Assembly (NCBI GenBank): GCA_963782055.1
Contig: CAWAIF010000003.1
Coordinates: 64,001-128,000 of the forward strand
Direction of reading: 5' to 3'
Length of the DNA: 64,000 nucleotides
Source of the DNA: an uncultured delta proteobacterium
GTDB taxonomy: Bacteria > Myxococcota_A > Polyangia > Polyangiales > Polyangiaceae
The translations under genes and the position numbers were made by a program. Positions 50,380 through 58,884 of this stretch are shown here, in pieces; position 1 is the stretch's first letter, and every line of letters starts with the position of its first letter. The notes beneath the pieces are model-generated. The model did not search any database. It was given only the letters and a program-made list of their open reading frames with translations, and was not told where the DNA came from.

Positions 50380-50945
50380 TCATTCCCGCAGGTTGCCACG
50401 GCGTGAACTCACGACGCCGGAATCGCTCACGCTGGGTGGTTCGACGTGAGGATTCGAATCGGCGAAGACGGCAGACGATGTTGGGTAGTCTTGCGATGGC
50501 ATCATGCAGCTCGAACGGGAGAAGGGCGGCGATGATCAACGGCCAGAGGATGCTCGTGAGCTTCCACGGGTCGCACGACATCGGTCGCGAGGTCGCCGAC
50601 GGCGGCGGGGCGCTCGGGGGGGGGGAGGCTCGGTCGGGAGCGAGCATCGCGCCCAGAAGCACCTTCGCGTAGGGCCAGGCGAGGGTCGTGTCGTCGCGCC
50701 AGTTGGGCAAGAGGTCGAAGCCGCAGAGGGACTTCCACCGCTTGAACTGAAGCTCGACCTGCCAGCGGAGCCGATAGCCTTGTAGGCATCGGTTGGCATC
50801 GAGTCGCGAGCGAGCGGCCGTCGTGAAGAGCAGGACGTACTTCGCCGCCTCGAAGACGCGCGGCGAGAGGTTGGCGCCCTTCTCGCGACGCAATCTCTCG
50901 CGGGCGCGCTCGACGGCATCGGCGGGGAGCTGGTGGTGGCGAGGG
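50380..50945 (-). mobile_element. IS4-family transposase C-terminal remnant
   Basis: YVLLFTT...YRLRWQVELQFKRWKSL, the Y-2-R-3-E-6-K signature; N-terminus missing; boundaries approximate. Confidence 0.75.
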
Positions 50946-50965
50946 GGGTCACCCACGTCGGTGAT

Positions 50966-51171
50966 CGCCGCCCCGTCTCCGCGTAGCACCCCATCCTCCC
51001 CGTATGGCGCGCGGAGCGCGACATCGTGGGGAGGAAGCTCGCGCGCAGGGCCCACGCGCAAGCGCCCGTGCGGGCCGCAGCCCGTGATCTCGCCCCCGTC
51101 GCCGGCCCGCGCGGGCGCGAGCATGGGCCCGAGCACGAGCTGGAGGGGCTCCAAAGACCGCCGTTGATTCC
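50966..51171 (+). repeat. About 205-bp repeat, copy B
   Basis: Matches 47467-47673; stops after ..GTTGATTCC. Confidence 0.9.
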
Positions 51172-51449
51172 GACAAGAGTTCGACGAGGTCTTGTGGGAG
51201 GGGGTGGTGAGGCCAGCGAGCCTTCCACTCCGCGAGTCCCGCCGCGGAGATGCCCGAGCCAAGGACGTGCCCCGTCCGACGAACGCGCCGCTCGACCGTG
51301 TGTCGCGGGTCCGCCACGAGGTCGGTCAGCCGCATTCCGCCGCGCTGGTGAAGGTCGGCGACGAGCTCAGGGGTCGCGACGCGCACGTCGTCCTCGCCGG
51401 TGCGGCCCGGCTCCGCGGCCACCTTCTGCAGGAGCTCGTCGAGGGTCAT
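51172..51449 (-). pseudogene. 3'-truncated gene, possibly SMI1/KNR4-like immunity
   Basis: ATG at 51449; ends GISAAGLAEWKARWPHHPLPQDLVELLS, resembling the start of a SUKH domain, and is cut at repeat copy B. Confidence 0.4.
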
Positions 51450-51599
51450 CTCGTCAGCCTACGAGCAAACCCGGGCTGAGGCTGCGCCGGCACGTGACGT
51501 GGGAACCCCGCGCCACGGTGACCGAGGGCCAGACAGACCCGCAGAGAGGGCCGGCGGTAAAGCTCGGCGCGCCGGCGGACTTCATCCGGCGGCTACCCG

Positions 51600-51847
51600 C
51601 GCCCCTGCAGCTCGCCAAGCTCACCATCGACGGCGTCACCAAGATGGCGTTCGGCGGCAGCATTCACCAGCTCGGGGCGCGCACGGGCCAGATGTCGTGC
51701 TCGGAGCCCAACCTGATGGGACTGCGGCGCGCGAAAGAGGTCCGAGTCCGCATCGTGGCGCCGCCGGGCATGAAGCTCATCGTCGCCGACTACGCCAACA
51801 TCGAGATGCGCGTCCTCGCCGACCAGACCGGAGACGAGAAGCTCGAC
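51600..51847 (+). pseudogene. Family A DNA polymerase fragment
   Basis: IHQLGARTGQMSCSEPNL and LIVADYANIEMRVLA..TGD..L (PolA motif A). Confidence 0.75.
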
Positions 51848-52374
51848 CACTTCTTCTTTCCGGTCTTGAGTTCCCAGACGACGGGGTGGTGTTGTATTTC
51901 TACAACCGCGTCCATCGCGCCGACGAGCGGCAGCGGATGTATCTCCCCCGTGACGGGGTGTGCGAGCTCGAGGCTGAAAGGTACTTCCACCCCGTGCACC
52001 TTCTCCGGGAGCGGGACGCGGGCGAGAAATACATCCAGCATCGAGAGGGCGACGTCGACGACCGTGCCGGCGTCTTGTTCTTCTTCCTCGAACAGGACGG
52101 GCACGCCGTCACCCTCGATGCCGCGGACGATGCCGTCGCGCAGGTGGGCGCGCAGCTCGTCGACAGGCACGGGAGACCCGGGACGCGACCGGAGCAGGTG
52201 CTCGCCGATGGTGGCGTGCCACGCCGTGCCGAACACCAGGGCGAGCGGCCGGAACGCGGGCGTGGCCCGCTGGATGTACTGGTAGAAGTACTTCCGCGGG
52301 CACTGCAGGTAGCACTTCACCTGGGAGACGGACGTGTGCGGCCGAGCGCGCAGCTCGGCGAGCGATGAATCCAT
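51846..52374 (-). pseudogene. PD-(D/E)XK (RecB-like) nuclease, 3'-truncated
   Basis: SVSQVKCYLQCPRKY, FGTAWH, VEVPF, GAMDAV and WELKT motifs; abuts the PolA fragment. Confidence 0.8.
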
Positions 52375-52451
52375 GAGGGGACCTCGTTCGTGGAGCGCGC
52401 GGCCTGGGCCGCAGCGCGGGGTTGAATGGATGAAGCGCGAAGCGCAGTCAC

Positions 52452-52480
52452 TTGACAGACTATGCCATCAGGCACATATT
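52452..52480 (+). promoter_or_regulatory. Sigma70 promoter with operator for the TA operon
   Basis: TTGACA-N17-CATATT, with the imperfect palindrome TATGCC-ATCA-GGCACA in the spacer. Confidence 0.7.
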
Positions 52481-52534
52481 GTGCGCCGAGGCGACGGTGC
52501 CGAAGCAGGAGCGCTTGGATTGGAGAGGTAGGCG

Positions 52535-52907
52535 ATGGGCGTAGAGGTGGTCGTCACGGACGAGTTTGCGGCCTGGTACGAGGGCCTCTCCGAGTCGGAA
52601 CAGGACCGTGTGGCCTTCACGATTGGGCTGCTCGAGGAGCGCGGCGTGACGTTGCCGCACCCCTACTCCAGCTCCATCAAGGGCGCGTCGTTCGCCCTTC
52701 GAGAGCTGCGCACGCAGGCGGAAGGTGATCCTCTGCGAACCCCTGCGAACCCTGTACGCCTTCGACCCGTCGAGGCACGCCGTCCTGCTCATCGGCGGCG
52801 ACAAGACCGGAGATGACCGCTTCTACGCGAGGATGATCCCCCTCGCCGAACGGCTCTGGACCGAATACCTGGAGGAGACCGACCAGAACAAGCCCAAGAA
52901 GAAGTGA
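52535..52907 (+). pseudogene. RelE/HigB (Gp49-like) toxin, frameshifted
   Basis: TDEF..WY..L, LL.E.G..L..P.S..IKG, LRELR; removing the 10-bp duplication at 52733-52752 restores DPLRTLYAFDP.R.AVLLIGGDKTG. Confidence 0.88.
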
Positions 52908-52951
52908 CCCATGACCCGCCGAGACGGCGGACGTATTTCAGGAGCAGCATT

Positions 52952-53254
52952 ATGGCCACGCACAAGTGGAGCGAGTTGAAGGGCAAGATGGCGCCCGCGC
53001 GCAGGGCGCGGGTGGACGCGGCTGTCCGCCGAGAGCTTCTCACGATGGAGCTGCGCGAGCTGCGCGAGGAGGCCGGCAAGACCCAGGCGGAAGTCGGCGA
53101 GATCGCCGAGATGACGCAGGCCGAGCTGTCGAAGTTCGAGCGCCGGGAAGACCACCTCATCTCGACGCTACGACGCTACGTGACGGCCCTCGGTGGAGAG
53201 CTCGAGGTCGTCGCAGTGTTCGACAACAAGCGCATCGCGCTGAAGGGCGTCTGA
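52952..53254 (+). CDS. XRE/HTH antitoxin (HigA-like)
   Basis: LRELRE..GKTQ.EV......Q..LSK.ER.ED...STLRRYV.ALGGEL pattern; downstream of the toxin. Confidence 0.88.
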   Translation: MATHKWSELKGKMAPARRARVDAAVRRELLTMELRELREEAGKTQAEVGEIAEMTQAELSKFERREDHLISTLRRYVTALGGELEVVAVFDNKRIALKGV

Positions 53255-53529
53255 AACACATCAAACGGCCCTCTTGCGTAGACTCGGCGCCGGAGACCGC
53301 CGGCTGGAGCCACGGCGGAGGCGTCCACCGGAGACCCCCGCCGCCCTCCGCCGCTCTCTTCTACGACCGCGTCCCGTTCGCGCCCGACCACTCGTCGAGC
53401 AAGGCGCTCGCCTCCCGCCGGGTCAGGTTCTGCGGCGCGTCCTTGCCCGTCCGTTCGATGAGCGCCGCGCCCAGCGCCGCCGTAGAGCTCCGACCCACCA
53501 CCAACGCCCAGGCCGCCCGGAGGCGCACG

Positions 53530-53742
53530 ATGAGCGCCGCCCGCTGGGTCAGCGTGGCCGTCGCCGCCGAGCTCCTGGGACTGCCGCCGAGGAGCCTCCG
53601 CCGGACGCTCGAGCGTGCCTCCGGGCGCGTGGCGGATGGCGGTGTGGAAGCTCGCGTCGATGGCGTGCGCGGCCGCAAGTTTGGGCACCTGTGGCGCGTC
53701 CAGTTCAGCGAGAGCTGGCTCTCGACCAGGCCGCCGTCATGA
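53530..53742 (+). CDS. Small HTH, excisionase-like protein
   Basis: WVSV..AAELLGL....LRR.LER and RKFG..WRV; lies at the island edge beside the tRNA. Confidence 0.5.
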   Translation: MSAARWVSVAVAAELLGLPPRSLRRTLERASGRVADGGVEARVDGVRGRKFGHLWRVQFSESWLSTRPPS

Positions 53743-53869
53743 AGCTGAACGCCCTGCCGCGTGCTACCTTCCGGGTCTCTCCCAGGTGCTCGGGGATGCC
53801 GGAAAGGACACCGGCATGACCGTTCACAAGTACGTGAGGCGTGGGAATCTGTAATATGTACAGGTACTT

Positions 53870-53954
53870 GGAGGAGTGGCCGAGTGGTCTAAGGCAGCGG
53901 TTTTGAAAACCGCCGTACCGCAAGGTACCGGGAGTTCGAATCTCTCCTCCTCCG
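53870..53954 (+). tRNA. tRNA-Ser (anticodon TGA), CCA not fully encoded
   Basis: Acceptor stem GGAGGAG/CTCCTCC, anticodon arm GCGGT-TTTGAAA-ACCGC, long variable arm GTAC-CGCAAG-GTAC, T loop TTCGAAT, discriminator G followed by CCC. Confidence 0.95.
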
Positions 53955-54212
53955 CCCTTCCTTTCCGACGGGTGCGAAAGCTCCACGGCGACAAGTTGCG
54001 CCATGACCGCACATATTGCCGTCCGGAAGCAGCTCCTGTAGCTCGGCTCAGCCCCGGCCTTGCCCATCTCTCGCCCTGCCCGGCCTCCTTCGCGGGGCTC
54101 CTTTGCGCTGTGGGTGACCTTCGGGGCCTTCTCCCGCACCGGGCGCGCGAAGTGCGTCCGCGTCTCCGGGGAGCGACGCCGCGGTTGGCACCCACATTGC
54201 TCTGCGGTGGTC

Positions 54213-54857
54213 GTGTATGCAGCCCCCCAGCCGTCGACGACATTTGCGAAGCTGAAGCAGAAGGTCGACCACAACCTGGAGCGAGGGCTCGCCACCCTCG
54301 TCGAGAAGGGTGTGAGGTTTGCGAGCTCGGAGGTCAGGAGCCGGGTCGTCTTCCGCGACGCCACCCGCGTGGGTGTCGGAGTACGGATCGTCGGAAGGTC
54401 GCCCCGGATCAACAACGCGGGAGGGTCGCTCATCGTCGGAGACAACGTGCTGTTCGACGCGCCGATCACGCCGATCTACTTCGATGTCCGGCGAGACGCG
54501 CTGCTGCGTATCGGGGCTGCTTCCTACATCAACGATGGCGTCTGGTTCGGCTGTACCAAGCGGATCACCATCGGCGACCGTGCGCTGATCGGCCCCGGAG
54601 TGCGCTTCTTCGACAACCCGTACCACGGCATCTACAAACGCGAGGTGCCGCCCGCGTCGCGGCCGATCACGATCGAGGACGACGTGTGGATCGCGTCCGA
54701 CACGATCATCCTGCCCGGCGTGACGATCGGGCGCGGGGCCATCGTCGGGGCTCATGCGGTCGTGGTGGCCGACGTCGCACCGTTCACGGTCGTCGCCGGC
54801 AACCCTGCACGGGCCGTTCGAACTCTCGATCCGACGCGCTTCGTCCAGACCGCCTGA
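54213..54857 (+). CDS. Hexapeptide-repeat O-acyltransferase (maltose acetyltransferase-like)
   Basis: ITIGDRALIGPGV, PITIEDDVWI, ILPGVTIGRGAIVGAHAVV and VVAGNPAR motifs; start uncertain. Confidence 0.85.
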   Translation: MYAAPQPSTTFAKLKQKVDHNLERGLATLVEKGVRFASSEVRSRVVFRDATRVGVGVRIVGRSPRINNAGGSLIVGDNVLFDAPITPIYFDVRRDALLRIGAASYINDGVWFGCTKRITIGDRALIGPGVRFFDNPYHGIYKREVPPASRPITIEDDVWIASDTIILPGVTIGRGAIVGAHAVVVADVAPFTVVAGNPARAVRTLDPTRFVQTA

Positions 54858-55001
54858 GCCGCGAAACGGGCGCTTCGTCGCTCGGGCTGGAGTCGCAGAC
54901 TGCGGCGGCGCAACGTCCTCCCGTGCGCGCGCCCGAGCCGCGCGACGACGCAGAGAGGCCGCGCCTTGCGTGCGCCTTCACGGCGCATGTAGCGTGGGTG
55001 C

Positions 55002-55448
55002 ATGGCCGAGCTCTGTCCGTGTCCAGGGTGCCGGCGGCACGTGCGCGCCGGCGAGCCCTGTCCCTTCTGCGGCGCCGTGGCGCCGGAGGCGCCGCGCGCC
55101 AGCTCGTCCCTCGGGCGCTCTTCGCGCGCGGCGCTGGTCGTGCTGGTGGCGGCTTCGCCGGGCTCGCTCCTCGACTGCCACAATCCCGCGCCCATGGGGG
55201 CGGTCTACGGAGGGCCGCCGCTGGCCGTGATGGACGCGGCGCCGCCGCCCGCGGTGGCGGACGCCGGTGCGCCTGCGCCGGACGTGCCGGACGCCGCAGC
55301 CCCGGCACCGGACGTGTCGGACGCCGCCGTCGCGGCGCCGCCCGCGCGCGACGCCGCGGTGAAGCCGGCGCCGCCCGTGCCGTACCGCCCGCCCGCGACC
55401 ATGTACGGTGGCCCGCCGCCGTGGGACCACCCGAAGCTCAAGCGCTAG
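55002..55448 (+). CDS. Small Cys-rich/Pro-rich protein with two YGGPP motifs
   Basis: CPGCRRHV....PCPFCG N-terminus, a hydrophobic segment ending in Cys, then AVYGGPP and MYGGPP. Confidence 0.7.
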   Translation: MAELCPCPGCRRHVRAGEPCPFCGAVAPEAPRASSSLGRSSRAALVVLVAASPGSLLDCHNPAPMGAVYGGPPLAVMDAAPPPAVADAGAPAPDVPDAAAPAPDVSDAAVAAPPARDAAVKPAPPVPYRPPATMYGGPPPWDHPKLKR

Positions 55449-55584
55449 ATCGGCGTTCGTGATCCTCGAACGCCGATCTTCGCGAGCAAAAGCGAGCGCC
55501 ACGTGGGGGTGGGCCGGCGCGTGCCGCCCGTGAGACAAGACCTAGTCGGACGAGCGCGATTCGGAATCGCGCTCGTTCATTTAG
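55445..55584. repeat. CTAG-bounded double-hairpin element (REP/MITE-like)
   Basis: 13-bp perfect stem 55447-55459/55467-55479 and 12-bp perfect stem 55550-55561/55565-55576; CTAG at 55445 and 55542, TTAG at 55581. Confidence 0.6.
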
Positions 55585-56101
55585 TCCCGCACCTCATGCG
55601 GTAGCGCACCTCGTCCGCCGTCGCGCCCAGGACCTCCCGCCGTTCCTCCGCGCCGTCCGCGCGCCAGCCAGCCGCCTCGTAGAAGCGGCGCGCGCGGTCG
55701 TTGCCGCGCACCATCCAGAGCACGGCCTCCTCGTGTCCGAGCAGGCCGAGCGCGCGTGTCGCCGCCGCGAGGAGCACGCGCCCGGCGCCGCGGCCCCACG
55801 CGTCGGGGTCCAGGTTGATCGCGTAGAGCTCGCCCAGCCCCAGCCCCTCGCGATCCGGCCCGATGCCCGCGAAGCCGACCGGCGCGGCGCCGCCGTCCTC
55901 GCACACGACGAGGACGCGCTTCGCGGGGTCGGCGGGCCGCTCCAGCCGCTGCCGCCACGCCGTGGCGCGCTCGAGGACGTCCAGCCCGTCCAGGTACGCA
56001 TCGGTGAAGACGCCGCGATACGCCGCCTGCCAGGCGCGCACGTGCACCCGCCCGAGCGCGTCAGCGTCGCCGGCGACCGCGTCACGGGTGACCCACGTCA
56101 T
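55577..56101 (-). CDS. GNAT N-acetyltransferase
   Basis: HVRAWQAAYRG, ELYAINLDP..WGRGAGR and N.RARRFYE..GW motifs. Confidence 0.9.
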   Translation of the reverse strand: MTWVTRDAVAGDADALGRVHVRAWQAAYRGVFTDAYLDGLDVLERATAWRQRLERPADPAKRVLVVCEDGGAAPVGFAGIGPDREGLGLGELYAINLDPDAWGRGAGRVLLAAATRALGLLGHEEAVLWMVRGNDRARRFYEAAGWRADGAEERREVLGATADEVRYRMRCGTK

Positions 56102-56185
56102 GAGGGACAGAGTACGCCCCGACGCGAACGCACGCGATGAGACGGCGCGAGCGCCTCCTGCGATCCGCCTTACGTTGGCCGTGCC

Positions 56186-56466
56186 ATGACGAAGGAAGCT
56201 CGCAGCCACGTCGACGACCTGCGTGGCGCGAGCCGGCTGGTGATCGAGGCCACCGAGGCGGTCACCGGGGTCGTCGAGGCCATGCATCGCACGATCGCGG
56301 GCGGGCCGGAGGTTCTCGGCCGGCCGCTGGAGCGCCCCGTCCGCGGGATCACCGATCGCTCACCCTGGCCTTTCCCCCATCGCACCGGTGGATCGCCTTC
56401 GGGGCCGGCCACCTGGCTCTCCTGAGCAGCCCGGCGGTGTACGAGACGCTCTGCTCCTGGCTCTGA
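56186..56466 (+). pseudogene. Internally deleted alpha/beta-hydrolase (PGAP1-like) gene
   Basis: N-terminus DLRGASRL..EAT..VT.VVEAMH.TIA joined out of frame near 56353 to the C-terminus LAFP....W......HL.LL..P.VY..L..WL. Confidence 0.65.
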
Positions 56467-56601
56467 CCTCCCGCGCGCCGCCGGGGCGCCCGCCGGGTCG
56501 CCCTGATCGCCCGGCCCTTCGTGGTAGGTTGCACGAGCGATGAGCGCGCAGATCAGGCCCGTGGCGTGCGGAGACGTCGCCGCCAGGAAGGGAGGCGCGT
56601 G

Positions 56602-58830
56602 ATGGACGTTCACGCCTGGCTCGTCGAGGTGGTCACCGGCGCGACGTCGGCGGCGGACGCGCTGGACTCCGCCGCGCGCGTGGTGGCCGAGGCCCTGAGC
56701 GCCGACACGTGCAGTCTCTTCGTCCGCACCCGGGACCACCAGCTCGACCTGCGCGCGCACGCCGGGCCGGTGCCGGAGCCCGCGGCGTGGGGCGACGAGG
56801 CGGCGCTCGCCCACAAGGCCCTGGACGCGACCCGCCCGATGACGAGCGAGGCCTCCGGGTCGGCGATCCTGGCGGTGCCCATCGCGGCCATCAACCAGGC
56901 AATCGGCGCGATCGTGGTGCGCCGCCCAGCGGGCGCCGCGTTCACGGCCGAGGAGATCATGCGCCTGTCGGGGGTGGCCTCGCAGCTGGTCGCCGTCGTG
57001 GAGAGCGCGCGGCTCTCCGACACGCTGGATCGCAGCGGCGCGGCGACGCCCCTCGCCGAGCCCGAGCCCGAAGCGCTGCTGGCGTCCACCGGAGAGCGGG
57101 TGCTCGAGGGCGTCGCCGCCTCGCCGGGCATCGCCATCGGAACGGCCACCTTCCGCAGCGTCTTCCCGCGCGCCATCCTCCACCAGGAGAAGACCTACCG
57201 CGGGGAGGAGGCCGAGAACGCCCGCGTGCGCGACGCGTACGAGAAGACGCGCAACGACCTCGTCCGCCTGCAATCCGCCGCGGCGAGCGAGATCGGCGAG
57301 GAGGAGGCGCTCATCTTCGGGACGCACCTGCTCTTGCTCCACGACCCGCTGCTCACCGGCCTCGTCGGCCGGGGGATCGCCTCCGGCCGCACCGCGGCGG
57401 TCGCCGTGAGCGACGGCTTCGACGAGATCGCGCGGCGGCTGCGCGAGACGCACGACCCCTACATCCAGGAGCGCGTCGAGGACGTCGAGGACCTGCGCAC
57501 GCGCGTCCTGGATTACCTCGTGGGTGCGGAGCGGCACGGGGAGCTGGACGCGCGGGTGGTCGTCGGCGCCCGCACCACACCGTCGCTCGTCGTCGAGCTG
57601 AAGGGCCGCGGCGCGCTGGGGATCGCGAGCGAGCTCGGCGGGTCGACGTCGCACGGCGTGCTCCTCGCCCGGGCCCTGGGCGTGCCGGCCGTCACCGGCG
57701 TGGCGAACCTGATCGGCCAGGTGGGCGCCGGCGACGAGCTGGTCGTCGACGGCGACGAGGGACGGGTGGTGCTGCGACCGACAGCGGAGACGAAGGCGGA
57801 CTACGCGCGGCGCGCGGAGGCCATCGAGAAGCAGCGCACCGAGTTTCTCCGCTACCACGACGTGCCCGCGAGCACGGCGGACGGCGTGCGCTTCCAGCTC
57901 CAGGCGAACATCGCGCTGGGCGCCGACATCGCGATCGCGCGGGCGAACGGCGCCGACGGCATCGGCCTGTACCGCACCGAGTTCCCCTTCATCGTGCGTG
58001 ACGCGCTGCCGACCGTGGAGGAGCAGGTGCGCATCTACGCGAAGCCCTACGAGGCCTTCCCCGACGCGCCGATCACCTTCCGCCTCCTGGACCTCGCTGG
58101 CGACAAGTTCCTCCCGAGCCGCGAGCTCGGTGTGGTGCACGATGCCTTCCACGGGTATCGATCCATCCGCATCCTGTTCGACTACCCGCACGTCCTGCGC
58201 GACCAGGTCCAGGCCTTCGCGCTCGCTGCCGCCGGCAAGCCGCTGCGGATCTTGATCCCGCTGGTGACGTCGGTACAGGACGTGGTGCGCATCAAGCAGC
58301 TCGTGGAGGCCGCGCTGGCGCAGCTCCCACCGTCGTGCAAGCGAGGCCCCCTGCTGTACGGGGCGATGGTGGAGACGCCGGCGGCCGTCGAGATGGTGAG
58401 CGAGCTGGCGCGAGAGGTCGAGTTCTTCTCCATCGGCACCAACGATCTCATCCAGTACTCCCTGGTGGTCGACCGGGAGGACCCGCGCATGGCGACGGGA
58501 CGGCACGCATACCACCCGGCGATCCTGCGGATGCTTCATCGCGTCGTGCAGCGCGCGCGGGCTGCCGGGAGGCACGTCGCCGTCTGCGGCGAGATGGCGG
58601 GCCGTCCGCTCCTCGCCATCACACTACTCGCGATGGGCGTCGATGCGCTGAGCGTCACGCCGCGCGCGATCCCCGAGCTCAAGCAGGCGCTGGCGCAGAC
58701 GCCGCTCGAACCGCTGCGGGGGAGCGTCGAAGCGCTGGTCGCCCTGCCGAGCACAGAAGCCGTGGAGACGGCGCTGCGGCAGTACGCGCGCGACGGGAAG
58801 CCCGTCGGCGAGGCGTCCCCGGTGGCGTGA
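56602..58830 (+). CDS. ptsP: Phosphoenolpyruvate-protein phosphotransferase (EI) with N-terminal GAF domain
   Basis: GAF-like N-terminus, ASPGIAIG, GGSTSH phospho-His, GIGLYRTEF, SIGTNDLIQY and CGEMA motifs. Confidence 0.9.
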   Translation: MDVHAWLVEVVTGATSAADALDSAARVVAEALSADTCSLFVRTRDHQLDLRAHAGPVPEPAAWGDEAALAHKALDATRPMTSEASGSAILAVPIAAINQAIGAIVVRRPAGAAFTAEEIMRLSGVASQLVAVVESARLSDTLDRSGAATPLAEPEPEALLASTGERVLEGVAASPGIAIGTATFRSVFPRAILHQEKTYRGEEAENARVRDAYEKTRNDLVRLQSAAASEIGEEEALIFGTHLLLLHDPLLTGLVGRGIASGRTAAVAVSDGFDEIARRLRETHDPYIQERVEDVEDLRTRVLDYLVGAERHGELDARVVVGARTTPSLVVELKGRGALGIASELGGSTSHGVLLARALGVPAVTGVANLIGQVGAGDELVVDGDEGRVVLRPTAETKADYARRAEAIEKQRTEFLRYHDVPASTADGVRFQLQANIALGADIAIARANGADGIGLYRTEFPFIVRDALPTVEEQVRIYAKPYEAFPDAPITFRLLDLAGDKFLPSRELGVVHDAFHGYRSIRILFDYPHVLRDQVQAFALAAAGKPLRILIPLVTSVQDVVRIKQLVEAALAQLPPSCKRGPLLYGAMVETPAAVEMVSELAREVEFFSIGTNDLIQYSLVVDREDPRMATGRHAYHPAILRMLHRVVQRARAAGRHVAVCGEMAGRPLLAITLLAMGVDALSVTPRAIPELKQALAQTPLEPLRGSVEALVALPSTEAVETALRQYARDGKPVGEASPVA

Positions 58831-58884
58831 GCCGAGGCGCGAGGCGCGCTCCTCCAGGCGCGCGCCGCGGGCGAGGGCGGCCGA

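Noticed and set aside
51846..52374. Cas4 / CRISPR locus
   Set aside because: Generic PD-(D/E)XK fragment; no repeat-spacer array or other cas genes anywhere in the window.
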